64,000 nt of DNA from Takakia lepidozioides (lineage: Eukaryota > Plantae > Bryophyta). This document shows, in pieces, positions 1-12,857 of this stretch. Position numbers and translations under genes: made by a program. The stretch is from the NCBI GenBank assembly GCA_030704615.1, contig CM060731.1:24862001-24926000 (forward strand). Reading direction: 5' to 3'. Each line of letters starts with the position of its first letter. Within the stretch, counting starts at the first letter, position 1. Under the pieces are notes generated by a model that worked only from the letters and a program-made list of their open reading frames with translations, ran no database searches and was not told the origin of the DNA.

Positions 1-1370
1 TGCTTGTTTTTTGATGTGAAATTGGGCCAAATAGGGCCACTCTGGCAGGTTGAATCCAACCTTTACTGGAAGCTCAAACAGTGTGCGGCAACGCACACTG
101 TTTGAGCCCCCTTATTTGCTTGTTTTTTGATGTGAAATTCGGGCACCTAGGGCCACTCTGACAGGTTGACTCCACCCTGAATTGGAAGCTCAAACAGTGT
201 GCGGCAACACACATTGTTTTGTGCCCCCTCTCTGCTTGTTTTTTGATGTGAAATTGGGCCAAATAGGGCCACTCTGGCAGGTTGAATCCACCCTTTATTG
301 GAAGCTCAAACAGTGTGCGGCAACGCACACTGTTTGTGCCCCCCTTTGTGATTGTTTTTTGTTGTGAAAATATTGCACATAGGGCCACTCTGGCAGGTTG
401 AATCCACCCCGAATTGGAAGCTCAAACAGTGTGCGGCAATGCACACTGTTTTGAGCCCCCTCTTCGCTTGTTTTTTGATTTGAAATTGGGCCAAACAGGG
501 CCACTCTGGCAGGTTGAATCCAACCCTTATTGGAAGCTCAAACAGTGTGCGGCAACGCACACTGTTTGAGCCCCCTTATTTGCTTGTTTTTTGAAGTGAA
601 ATTTGGGCACCTAGGGCCACTCTGCCAGGTTGAATCCAACCCAGTTTGAAGGATTTGGGGAGTTTGAAGGGTCAGGAGATTCGTTTTGATTTGGCAAGTG
701 ACACGCCAATCTTTTGAAGGCCCTACCGGTATAGGGACATGGAGAGGTCATCTGATTGGAAGCTCAAACAGTGTGCGGCAACGCACACTGTTTTGAGCCC
801 CGTCTCTGCTTGTTTTTTGATGTGGTAATTGGGCCCTTAGGGCCACTCTGGTAGGTTGAATCCACCCCGAATCGGAAGCTCAAACAGTGTGCAGCAACGC
901 ACACTGTTTGTGCCCCCTTCACAACCTGTTTTTTGATTTGAAAATCGGCCACTCAGTGCCACTATGCCATGTTCAAATCACCCCTTATTCCACTCTGGCA
1001 GGTTGAATCCAACCCTTATTCGAAGCTCAAACAGTGTGCGGCATCGCACACTGTTTTGAGCCCCCCCTCTGCTTGTTTTTTTATGTGAAATTGGGCCAAA
1101 CAGGGCGAGTATGCATGCTCAATACACCCATTGTTGGAAGCACGAACAGTATGCAGCAACGCACAATGTTTGTGTCCCCTTCTTGGCCCCCTCTCTGCCT
1201 ATTTTTTTATGTGGTAATGTGCCACATAGGGCCAAATGTCATGTTCAAAACACCCCTATTTGGAAGCTGAAACAGTGTGTGGCAACGCACACTGTTTTCG
1301 GCCCCCACACTGCTTGTTTTCTGATGAGAGATTGGGCCACACGGGGCCTGTCTGCCATGCTCAAAACACC
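1..1370. repeat. Tandem array of ~116-bp units (10 hairpin cores visible; continues past the window start), each with hairpin AAACAGTGTGCG-GCAA-CGCACACTGTTT
   Basis: Hairpin cores start at about 76, 192, 308, 424, 540, 766, 882, 1029, 1145 and 1270. Spacing is 116 bp except at insertions. Units degenerate towards the right. Confidence 0.95.
644..754 (+). mobile_element. ~110-bp Ty3/Gypsy pol fragment inserted in one repeat unit
   Basis: Translates SLKDLGSLKGQEIRFDLASDTPIF*RPYRYRDMER, matching the PI..RPYR...E segment just N-terminal of Gypsy RT. It accounts for the 226-bp spacing between two hairpins. Confidence 0.65.
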
Positions 1371-1378
1371 ATCGTTTC

Positions 1379-4328
1379 TTGCCTCTCTCTTATATCAATT
1401 TGAATGAACAACCCTGCATGAGAAGATGCAAAGGGTGGCGGATGAGAACCCTTCAGGGCAGTGGAAGGAGATCATTGTTGATGTTGACGATGAGTTCTAT
1501 GAAAGCAAAGCCGCTGAGATGCTGGGGGGTCAGAAGGTACACTCTCAGCTTGTGGTGCAAAAATATGCTTGCCCCGGGTGGGAGGTTGAAGATTCCTTTG
1601 TGTAGGTTGGTTTCCATGCCCGTCGTTCGTCCACCCCTCATCAAGGACATCCTGAAGCTGGAGGCCGAGTTTGTTCATGGGTATTTGGATGGATCCGCAG
1701 TCTTTTACGTTTCTACTAGGGATTCAAGAGGTAATGAGCTCCTTGTGGATGAGTCAATCGTGGACTCCTGGGATCCCATTTGGAGACATGTGAACGAATC
1801 CTTCGAACTTCTTCTCTCCAGGAAACCTTCGACCCAGGCATTCTCAGGGAAGATGTTTCACGTATGGGATGGCAACCACCGGTTGCTTGCATGGATGGCT
1901 GTCATTGAGAGGCTGCACTCACAGGAGGAAGAGTGACATTACTCTGTTTGATCGATGGTGCTGGATTGTGACGGGAACATGATGGGTCTTCTGACGGCAA
2001 TGAATGATATGAACAGGTTGGTTTCTCATTCTACATGTTCAAGTTGTGGTTCCGTGGTTCTTTTGTTCCAGTCCTCTGTTGACGGTTCTTGAATTTCATT
2101 CTGACTTTCACACATCATTCTGCAGAGGGACGGTGTCGCGCACCTCACTTCGGTAAGCTCCCCTTCAAGTCATAGTTACTCGCTTTGATGCGCGCGCCTA
2201 ATTCCCAACCTGGCCGCCGGGCCAACTCGGAGCTTCAGTTGCTCACCGGGACATAACGGTCCCCCTTTCGTCCCCCAACAGACCCTCCACCAATTTGGGC
2301 CTAGTGGAGATTCCCTTTGGTAGATGGCGGTCCGGAATAGCTTCCCACTTCTTGGTCGCTTTCCGGCTCGCTCGCTTACTCACTAGTTTTTGGTCACCAA
2401 CGGGCTTGCACCGTTCTCGGGGTTACTACTCCCTATATATACTTCTGTGACTGTCCGCGGGGGTTCCACAAACAACACCATCCTTTTATGGCGAACCACC
2501 ACGAAGACCCTCGATTCCCGGTGATGAGTCGCGGTGAGTCTTGGCCCACCTACCACGGCCCCATTGGACCATGATGAGTCCCAAGACTCCCCACGACTCC
2601 CACCACAAGGTCTCCGCCCCATGGTGAGTCCTATGCCACCCCCACTAAGTCCCGCTAAGCTACCACCACCCCTCGTGGAACCACCCCCACCGCAACCCGG
2701 TGTGCGGGGCTCCACCTAGTGAGCGCCTCCGCCTCCTTGAGTGCCTTGGGCACTCAGGGGTGCTTCAGCCCTCGCATCTATTGTTGCCACCGCCCCCACC
2801 ACAAGGGCAGCTCCTCTCGTGTCCCGACCCCCTGCCCTCAAGGCAAAGGGCCGCGACAGACGGAGACATCGCATGTCAAAATGAGTCTGGTTCACACACT
2901 ATACAGGATACAAAGGATCGAGCAGATGCCCTTGCCCAACTTCAAGACCATCCTTTCAGCAGAGATGTACAAGAAGTGCGAAAGCTCGAAGACGTCATTA
3001 CGTGGTACTCGTCCGTGAGGCTTTCATGGAGTATATGTACGCGGTGAGATACATCTTCCATCATCTGGCCTTTCGATATTCCTGCTTCCACATGTTTGTT
3101 TCTGTTTGTTTCCCTTGCCCTTGGGTTGATGCAACTCTCGTGCATTCCCTTGCAGCAAGACATTGCAGATGCAAGAGAGCGTGGCAAACTGGAATACTAC
3201 AGCTCTACCTCTGAGGAGAGAAGGACAGCAAAGGGGGTTGAGAGTCACATCCAGAAAGAGATGACCGCCACAAGAAGGATTATTATGAGTGCTTTTGTTA
3301 AGCAGTTGAGAATTCCCATATTCGGACCGCATGCCTGATGGCCTGATTTCGTGGACCTTTGAAGCTGTTTGTCTTGTCCGAGTGCATCCACCTACGACTC
3401 TAGCCGTCATTACAGAGTTCGCCATCACTCATGGGGGCAAGTTCATAGACGAGAGGATAGATCCTCCCACGGATGACATGCACCACAACTATGTGGACAA
3501 CAACGTGTGCTTACGAAGGGGGAATGGGGTTCCTTGGAGAGGGGCCAGGGAGAGGAGCCCGACTTTCATTCAAACGATTATGGAGTGCTGCACCTACATA
3601 GACGCCAGAGTTCTGGATTTGTCAATGGGCACAGGTTCGTCTCTTCAACATTCACATTTGATAAGGTTTGTTTGAGCTTGCACTTTCAGCACTTCCCACC
3701 GTTCCAAATGTGTCTTCAATGTCTGTTTCCTTCATTCTATTCCACTGCAGGTGCTTCGTACCACGCTTGCAAGGCTAGTGCGCGACATCTCTTTGGGATT
3801 GAAGGGGATGCTGAGATTTACAAGAACCTCCTGATGGGTTTGGGTGGACACACTTCTCAAGTCCTTCCGAAGCCCCTGCTCGGTGATATTGATACAGGGG
3901 AGACTTCCGACAAGGAGCTGGACTCCGACTTTGCCTGTGAGTAAGTTCAACTTGTGGATGCTTGCATTGTTGTTTCAATACCCAGAATCACTGTTCTTAA
4001 GGCAAAGTGCACATGTGAGACATCCTCTTCGTTGGACTTGTGCATTGCATCATTGTGTTCAAAATGGGTTTTTGTCGACTTGTGCAGGAGTCCGCGTGCT
4101 TCCACTGACCCTCCAGGGCTATCACACCTTTTTGGACTTCTTTCAAGTCCTCCTCAGTCTTACATGCTACCTGTCTATGCGGAGGCACTCGCAGCAAGCA
4201 TGTCCGTTCATGGCACTCGCAGTCCAACCATCGATGGCCGTGGTAGAAGACGTGGTGTTGGGGCCGGAATGTTTGAGGATGACATAGCACAGGAGGTCGA
4301 TACTGATTTTGATGACTGTGACACTTGA
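1379..4328 (+). pseudogene. ParB/Srx-like domain + beta-class amino (N4C/N6A) DNA methyltransferase-like gene, spliced and disrupted
   Basis: FHVWDGNHRLLAW (ParB DGxHR motif). GT-AG introns at 2017-2125, 3044-3155, 3635-3750 and 3941-4087. Splicing across 3635-3750 gives ERSPTFIQTIMECCT..RVLDLSMGTGASYHACKASARHLFGIEGDAEIY (motifs X, I, II). Has in-frame TGA stops, frameshifts and a solo-LTR insertion. Confidence 0.7.
2134..2858. mobile_element. Solo LTR (725 bp)
   Basis: TGTCGCG...CGCGACA termini with a perfect 5-bp TSD GACGG (2129-2133, 2859-2863). Removing it restores the host frame (NR-GTETSHVKMSL). Confidence 0.9.
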
Positions 4329-4634
4329 TATGAAGTTTTTTTTTGCTTTTATTCGGGGCCAATTTTGAAATGGGATGGTTGTGTGTCCTTGTTGTCCTGT
4401 TTGCAATGTGTGCGTGGGATGCAAATTCATGGGAACAAACTATCGTTGGAGATGGGGGTTGCATGGACTGCCCGGATTGTTCCTTCAATCTATTTAGTAT
4501 TTTGCGAAGCTCACAGGCTTGTGTGCATTGCAAAAACAAACAAACGTCTTTGGTTTGGGTAGAGCATTCTCGCATCATTTGCTCGTTGGTCTCCAAACCA
4601 TTCTTGCTAGAAGAATGCTTGGTAAATCCATCAT

Positions 4635-4800
4635 GTTAAAGTCCACGTGATCAAAGAGCGTTCACGCATTCTCAATTCTGGTGAGCATCCATGATGCTCC
4701 CGCACAATATACCTGGCATGTTCGCAAAGGTGGTGAGTAAGAAAAGATTTCGCAGGGATCCGCTTTGGATGATGTGAGTGTGCACCTGCTTACGACGTAG
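4635..4800 (-). pseudogene. Degenerate PLS-PPR fragment
   Basis: RKQVHTHIIQSG..NLFLLTTFANM....CGSIMDA resembles GKQVHTHIIRSGFKPNIFVLNTLINMYAKCGSIADA of the PPR ORF at 13599-15410. Confidence 0.65.
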
Positions 4801-7783
4801 CCACATTCCAATGCAGGGGCTTGGTTTGTTGATAACGTCTAAATGGATGCAATGGATAGAAATGATGGATACAATGGATGTAACACATCCAGTCTGCATT
4901 CCCTGGAAATGGCTGATCAACCCGCGGTAATAGGTGACACCCGCGGAAATAGGCCCTGTATGCATGCTGACGTGGCGGGAGCTTGTGCTGGGCTCACGGA
5001 ATAGCACCCCCCGCCCTGAAGGCACCTTGTGGGCGTTATGAAGTATCTTTTCCGTATACCTCTGCGTGCATTTGTACCATAAGCCATTTGGACTCCCAAT
5101 CAGCTTCATAAAGTGTCTTTCATACTTTCTTAGCAAAGATCAGTCCGTCCCTCTATATTTTATCAAAGACCCATTCCCGAATGTGAGCTTAACACATTAG
5201 GTCTTATCTCATTGTAAACAAACAACCTGCACACGCTTTAGTTGTATATCAATCTGCTACACTGTGGTGCAGGGCTGGCGATGCTTGTGTGGATAGCCAA
5301 ATGGCCAACCTCTGTGAAAATTGAAGCGCTATATGGTCAATCCAATATATGCACGGGGTCTGATGCCACACGCTGCAGTAGGTTGGCAATCAAAGCCCTA
5401 TGTCGTCCTTACTTATCCTTGACACCTCTAGAACATAGAGGAAAGTCGATAACATTTGAGCCTCGCATCATTTCTAGTTACCTTGCGCACTTGTGACAAA
5501 CCTATCAATGTAGATTTCGCAACGTGCTTGCTGTAGTTAACCTCTTGAGATCAAGACAACATTTTGCAAAGATGCAAAGTTCTCACCAGATTCTTCAAAT
5601 GCTGGGCTTCCTCGACATGCACCATCACTTTGCCAAGCGTCCGCGGCTGGTACTTGTCTACCCACAACATTTCTCACTCCTCTATGTGCCTCCAATAACG
5701 CTTCCAATCAACCACTCTCTGTCCGTGTCTGCACTGAGTTTAAGCTAACATGTAAGCATGTGGGTCCACATGAAGGAGATCACAAGATGGCAATCTGTAC
5801 AAAGAACTCATCGGCCAGATAAATCAAATGCCCCGCTACAACACCTCCATCATAAAAAGGAATAGCACTCTAAGCCTAAGATAGTCGCTGAGCTCAACAT
5901 AATCCTGAGACTGCCTGACATATTTCCCCAAGAAGAAGGGGAGAAGCTACGATAAACGAAACTAGGGGAGTTGTAACAGGAAGGCAGCAGTAGACACTCT
6001 TGTCAATAACAAACTACTCAAACAACACAAACAATGTCTCTAAGCAAAACAGTTTTGCGTCTGCGTCTGAAGTGAACCCAACTTCGATCTTCATCGGCAA
6101 TTGCAAGAAACAAGCAGATGGAAACCAGCATCCGGAATCGTGGCAGCGAAGTGAAGTGAAGTCCTTGGTGTCAGGTGACCTAACTATATGATGGCAAAGT
6201 CATGATGTCATAGATGTATTTCTTGCATTCATGGGGTATGCATGGTGGATGCATGCAGTACAGTAACACTGAGTTCATTGTGAGACAGTAGTTTCGGGAG
6301 CAAGGGACCTGGCGCGGTGACTGCGGGCCGCGAGGGGCAAGGGGTGGGGCCACGCAGGCAGGCCTGCTGAGGCTGTTGGACTAGGTAAAGCTCAATCTTT
6401 GTAGACAGGATAATGTTTGCTTGGAGAGAGTCGTGGCAACTGGTTAGTAAATATGTCTCATAATAATCTCACCAGGATCAATGGCTCAAGGCTGCAGCAT
6501 AGTTTGGCAATTATTCTTCCAAGTTCATTGGCTCCAATTGTGTATCTCTATGTGTATATCTGATTCCAGCAGGTCCATCCTTTGCTGATATTGTAATGTA
6601 TACTTGCTGCAGGAGAAGGAAGAGGATGGAGGGAGAGGTCGATTCAAGTCACATGCAAGTAGTCCGCCCCAAAATTGCTGATTGAGAAAAGAAGTGTCTC
6701 AAGACATGACCACACCCACAAAGGATTTAAACCCAAAATCACCTGGGTGGCACTCAGTGCACTATCCTAGTGGTGGTCCTTAATTTCCTTTGTGTAGGTT
6801 GCCACACTATTTTTGAGGTCCAATTTGAAGAGTCAAATGGAAACCACAAGGGTTATCCTCTAATATTAACCACTCTCTTTGTAGGCCTAGCTCAACTCTA
6901 AGTAAAGCTTGAGCTCTATCATGAATTTCACAGGCAACAGCAATTTCGACTAAGAAGCAATTTAAAATGTCTGAAGTGCAGTGTGATGCACAAGGATGAT
7001 TACTTAGAACACTGCTTTTCTACTATGGCAGCTCTTGCCATGCACACTTTTCACTCTCATGTGTGGGGACCTAATTTTTAACACATCCCATTCAGAGCAA
7101 AGGAAACTGCGCAGACTGGAGTAGCCCCAGGAGTAACCCTTCCCTATTGGCCACCATGAAGTGAGCAACCCACCAATCAGTTATGCACCTCAATACTTTA
7201 AGAGATTCAACATACAAAACAGTCTTCACATTAGAACCAGAGTTTGTGGCTGAGTTCGCTGTCCACTCCACCACTTGGAGTCCCACTTTCACAAACAATT
7301 TTGTAGCAGGGGCAGGACTTTTGAGGCCTAATAGCAGACTTCTAAGAGTAGAGACACCAATGCTGGTGCCCATTTATCAGCTAAAGGCAACTTCCGATGT
7401 AAAGAAGGTATTTTGTTGACCAATTCTACCTCTCAAAAGGTAACCAATTTGGCCAAGCAATGGACTGCATGATGGCTTCTATAACATGCATTTGTGCATT
7501 TGAACCTCATCGAAACCTACTGAGGTGGGCCTGATAAAACTTGACTCTTAAAACAATGTAGGGCTCACTTTAGACGAACAGCAACCTTTGATAAGCAAAA
7601 CCCACCATGACAACATAATTCACTACATGCCGAAAGCAGGACTTTAAAACCGCTCATTTCACTTACTAACTCTTGGGCTCAACTCTTGGGCTCAACAGGA
7701 GTGGGAGATTTTTGCATCTAACAGTATTCCAGACTAGTCCCTAGAGAATCTCAAAATGGTCACATGGGACATTGACATCTTCA

Positions 7784-9447
7784 TCACTTCTTCACAAAAG
7801 ATTCAACATTCTGCAACCATCGCATGTACTCACGCTGCTCTTTGTCCTGCACAAGATCCAGCAAATAATTGGCGAGGTTGCCATTGATCCCTCGTACTTC
7901 CAAGTACTTTTCAAACTCTTTCTGGAGATCTTCATCCAAATCCCTGAGCAACATCAACCCACCAGCATCAGTTAAAAAGTCAGAACCTGACTACCACATA
8001 AGCTCAAAGACAATGCGGCAATGAAAAGCAGCTCAAATGAGCCGGGCCTTTGGGTGAACCACTGGGGTACACTATGTGCTTTTAAGGTGATATATGCATA
8101 CAAAACTGACACCTGAACCAACAGGTGAGAGGTAGCAGAAAGAGTTCCTATTTCATATGTTGAACATCCAGTCTCTACAATACCCTGCCATGTGGGCCAG
8201 TACCTATTGCTCTGTCTCCATACTCTAGCAAACAATGTGCAACTGGAAGAATGCAACTTACGTGAATTCAGGCCCTTCATAAACTGGTTCTTTGTCATCC
8301 TTGCTTTCCAGATAGTAGACATGATCTATGGCGATGTGGTCCCTCCGAGCATTACAGCTGAAATCTAGGACTGGCTGGTCGGCACCTTTGGTCACCGAGA
8401 CTGTGACAATTACAGTGTGGTCCTTAAGATCCTCTGGAATTTCTTCATCTTCCTCATTGAAATCGTCCTCCTCATAGTCGCTGGACTGGCTCATGCATGT
8501 CAACGCAATGTCCTCAGACCCGTATGACCTGCGCAAGATCACATCTGGTTTGCCTGGTTTGTCGGTCAATGTGAACGGCCGTGGTGGGCCTTTCGCCAGT
8601 CCCTGCATTTACCATCATAACATTTTTTCTGGGAAATGCCGCTTGACTACACCTATCTGTTCAAAGAGCACTGATAAGAGAGCTCCCTTCACTACCACTT
8701 GATCTAAACAGTGGCAGTGGACACTGTGCTCAAAATAGACCCAGGGACGTCCACAGGACAACTGGCAGAATATTTATGCTGCAAGATCTCAAGCACTTAG
8801 ATTAACGGGCACCGCACCTAAAGCATACCCATCAAATGCAGCCAAACGTATTGGTTACAGAATGCCCCGCGATCGCAATCACAGCCTCTGTAATACAACC
8901 CAACGAAAATCGCGACAGATCTGCAATTTAATCTCCAAAGTTTGAATTGAGTTGACAGACCGCAAAAGGGAATCTGCTCGCAGATGGCCGTTACATGCAA
9001 AGGCCAGGTTTCGTGGGGTAAAAACTACAAACGTCATATTACTTGTGTAACGCAATCAAGAGCAGAAACAAAATGCTCCACCAACAGAGCAGGGTTCGGT
9101 ATGTTGGTTCGACTCGTGCATGCAAACCAAAAACATCATGAAAGAAAGAGGATAGTCACCTTTGGAGGCGTGTATGCATCCTTCTCATGCGCAACCTCAG
9201 CTTTCAAGACACGGGCGAGTCCACGATCCCCGCTGCCGCTAGACGCTACCTCAGTCGATGCCCAGCGCACGGGAACCCACCTTGCAATATCCATGTCCGA
9301 GTCGCACACTCTCTTGCCTCCATGGATTTGCTTGTGCTGCAAGCACCCAACGGGGATTACTCCAACCGTTTGCCTCTGTTGCAAATACCCAATTGTCCCC
9401 CGCCTCACTGACCCTGCCGCCCTTCGCAAGATCAACGACGCCGCCAT
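7784..9447 (-). CDS. Mitochondrial glycoprotein (MAM33/p32 family), 3 exons: 9447-9160, 8602-8262, 7943-7784
   Basis: Basic transit-peptide-like N-terminus, then GPPRPFTLTDKPG..VILRRSYGSEDI, YEGPEFTDLDEDLQKEFEKYLEVRGI..DKEQREYMRWLQNVESFV. GT-AG introns are in phase. Confidence 0.93.
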
Positions 9448-9915
9448 CGATGGGTGACTTGAAACCCACAACCCCAAATGATTTGCAGAGCCCGGATCTG
9501 CCCAAACTGTGAACAGGCTCCGAATCCAAACTTCACTGCCTCCAATACTTTGGAAGTTTCGAGGAATACTTATTAGGGTTAGGGTTCTAAGTGCGTTGCT
9601 AATTGCTGCACTGCAACAAACAGCTTGAGTTTTCTGTTTGATTAGCATCCAACGCCAAAAACCCTAAAACAACTTACACGCTGGCAGCCAGGGTTTTAGC
9701 TTCTAGCCCCCAGTGCCCAAGTCCCGTTAGCAACTGCTTCATTTCTTCAATAACCCATTGCGTTGTGTCAGATGTCTTCTGTTTGCTCAAAGGGACATCA
9801 GCTGCTGCTTGCATTTCCGACTCCCACAGAAGCTATTTGCAGTCTTGTGTTTTGTTGAAGCGAGAAGCTTTGTGCCTGCCCTTAATTTTTTCAATTAGAA
9901 TCTCCGGTTTTCTCT
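9448..9915. promoter_or_regulatory. Putative bidirectional promoter with telo-box-like motifs
   Basis: 468 bp between divergent ATGs, containing TTAGGGTTAGGGTT (9573-9586) and AAACCCTAA (9659-9667). Confidence 0.55.
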
Positions 9916-11400
9916 ATGGCGGTCTCACTGATGCTGCGCAGAGCCGCGATGCCACTGAGGAGAGGTGTAATGCGGTTGCTGGAACAGCCACAGGCGGTCG
10001 CAGTGAGAAGAGCAGACCATGAGGTGGGTCTGGACAGGGTCTGGGCTCCAGGACGGTGGTCATCCAGTGCCACAACGGCAGCTCCTGCAGACCACGGTCT
10101 GCTGCGCTCTCTCACTAATGAGATCGAGAATGAGACTGTGCCCTATGAAGCCACCCCGGTAATATTACCTTTCCCCCCTGCCATTGCGGTTCGCATGATA
10201 GCGAAGACGATGTAAAATGTGTTCTGGGTTCTATCAATACCTACTTGGCCAGGGGAAGTTCAGTGAAAAGTCTGTATCTGTGGGCTGGCAGTTGTTCTTT
10301 TCGCATGATGTGCATGCATTAAGTATTACCCGAAGGCTCGCGATCAAAATCACTGATGAACGTCAGGTTCATAAGATGGGTGGGATGCATTTAAAGCAGC
10401 TAGCAAAGTAATTGTTGTGATGGTTATCAACAGAATCTGTCAAGGGGTCCGCCACGGCCATACACACTGAACGACACACCAGGCAATGCAAATGTGGTAT
10501 TGCAAGGGTCATATGGTGAAGAAGACATTCGGTTGACGGCCACATACCAGCATGGTGGGTTTAATTCACTGGCAGAAGGAGACGACTATGATCCGGATGG
10601 GCTGATCGCCCATAGAGCCGTGTACTTTGTTGTTTCCATATGGAAGGGTAAAGGGCACCAGTGCGTCGAATTTTGCTGCACGTATGAGAAGGATGATCTT
10701 GCCATTGCAAGGATAAGAATGCTGGAAACCAGAGATAATAAAGAAGCGATATTTGGATCGGGATTCTCGTAAGTGGTTATTTCCTACCTTTCTTCAGACT
10801 GGGAGAGAGTTTTTGCGGGAAGATCAGGTCTGCCAGATCTTAGAACAGCACGCAGGTTTGCTAACAGATCAGTGCTCATGAATGTTGGGTATGAGTGATG
10901 CACACTGTAGGTGACCTATTCTCAGGGCCAATCTTAAGATCTCACACACGACATGCCTTATAGCCTGACACTTTGTCAGAGCTAGCACGACATACCTGGT
11001 CAAAGGTGATGTTGTCTAGTGGGTTTTATTTGTGATAAGAGAGGACCTAGTGCAAGGGAAAGAGCTTTGTTTGTGCAAGTCCCTTTGTATTGGTGAGAGG
11101 TCACACTGTTTGCTACATAGTGGGGGTACATTGGGCTTAAGGTGAAGCTTCTGGATTTGTGTTGCATGCTGCAGGAAAATGGATGACATTCTCAGGGCGC
11201 AGTTCATGAAGTTTATTCTTGACCGGGGGATCAACACTGATCTCTGTAACTACCTTTTGGAGCTTTTGGAGGATAAGGAGCGCCGCGAGAACGCTACCTG
11301 GCTACATAAAGTTGAGACTTTCCTCAAGACAGAAACATATCGTCCGCCTCCAGAACCGGCTCATGATTTATTTGCATCACTAAGAAGACGCCGCGACTGA
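9916..11400 (+). CDS. Mitochondrial glycoprotein (MAM33/p32 family) paralogue, 3 exons: 9916-10158, 10434-10768, 11175-11400
   Basis: GPPRPYTLNDTPG..VVLQGSYGEEDI and RGINTDLCNYLLELLEDKERRENATWLHKVETFL. Intron positions and phases are the same as in the neighbouring paralogue. Confidence 0.9.
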
Positions 11401-12857
11401 TTTATTTTGATGCAAGGTATCCCATCACCTGATAGTTTTAGTCATGAAGCGGGTCCTGTTAAAGCGCTTGCAATTTCTAGGGCAATATTTGGGGCACAGA
11501 AAGTCCCCCCAAGCTGAAGAAGGATCAAAATTGCAAGTTGGCCATGCGTTCTCAATACTAAAGCAGCAACGATTGGTCGTACTGTAACTAGTTGGTATGA
11601 GTGTTCATCTTGAGGCAAAGCCAGTAGTAGTGGCGATCTACGATCCAAGGATGTACCTTGATTGCATTGGCTGGTGTTGTGCCTTTTGAACAGCTCTAGC
11701 AAGAGTAATCTCAAAGCAAGCATTACCATGTTGCAGGATGGAGGGTGCAAAGTTTGAACTTTGACAGCACTTCCACTGATCATGTGCTAGTTTGCAACTT
11801 TAATTCCCTCACTGATCAGTGGCTGTAAGTTGTACAAAACTTAGCATTTTTAACCTTACTTTGGGTCCTTGCTGTTAGCCGGAACCTTTGCTAGCAAGTG
11901 TGATGCACTAAAGTTGTCAAGGAATGTCCCACCACCGAGGAAGAGTGCATATTTGGCACCCTCTTGTGCGCCTGTAAAATAGCATAGTCTACACTTGAGC
12001 ATGCAATGGATGCGTCATTACTATCTATCTTGCCCCAATTTTTTGAAACTTACTGTGCAGAATTCTAAACCATCCAAATGAATCATGGAGATGATGACAG
12101 TGACAGGCAGCTGAGACTTACTTCATGAGCTTATTGTCAGGAATGATAAGGTGTAGGAAACTTAGCCAAGAACCGGTTTTAGTTATTGATGAGAACATTG
12201 AAATAACATAAAATGAGCATTATAATACATCCCGTGGAACTACTGGCAGTGGAGACTTTCCTGTTTGCAGAGTGAATAGAAGAAAAGTAAACCTGACATA
12301 GCGCTATATAGAACGAATAAAAGTAAAGTGGGCTATGACAGTGATGCAGTGGCAAAGGCAGCATGTTCGTGTAGCTTCCTCTGGTCAGTTTGAGGGCTTG
12401 GCTGGTGCATCTAGGAGAAACTCCAAAGGGCTATTGCAAGAACCTTCAATTGATATCCAAGAGTCATGGCTCCTTACTACTTAATCACTTGAAAGAGTTT
12501 CTTGTCTGGTACTTTTGTGTGCTACAGTGAGTACAAATTTTTTTCATCCTCCATCCCTACATTTATGCAGGTGCAGAAGTAACAGATTCTGGATCTGTCC
12601 AAAAATCAGAGACAGGGTGTACCAAGGGTCAGAAACTGTTGACTGTGCCTCCTCTGGAGCTTGTTTTGGGTTCCAACTTCCAACCCACAGGGAAAAGAGA
12701 ATTGAAATTCCTCAATTGGATCACATTGAGTTTTCATCGACGTCACTGCTGCTGACTGCTGCTGTTGGATGATCCTACTTCCATTGTAAATATGACGATG
12801 GGGTGCCCACAGACCGGGCAATGCTCACTGTCACATCCCATGGTACAGATTGTTCCT

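Noticed and set aside
1-1370. CRISPR array (regularly spaced palindromic repeats)
   Set aside because: The intervening sequences are themselves conserved repeats, not unique spacers. There are no cas genes and the context is eukaryotic. ORFs here are repeat artefacts.
3455-3475. IDPPT as MTase catalytic motif IV
   Set aside because: It lacks the aromatic fourth residue and lies too close to motif X for beta-class order.
3954-4087. SWIM-like CTC..C motif in ORF 3954-4328
   Set aside because: It falls within the predicted intron 3941-4087 and lacks the CxH ligand.
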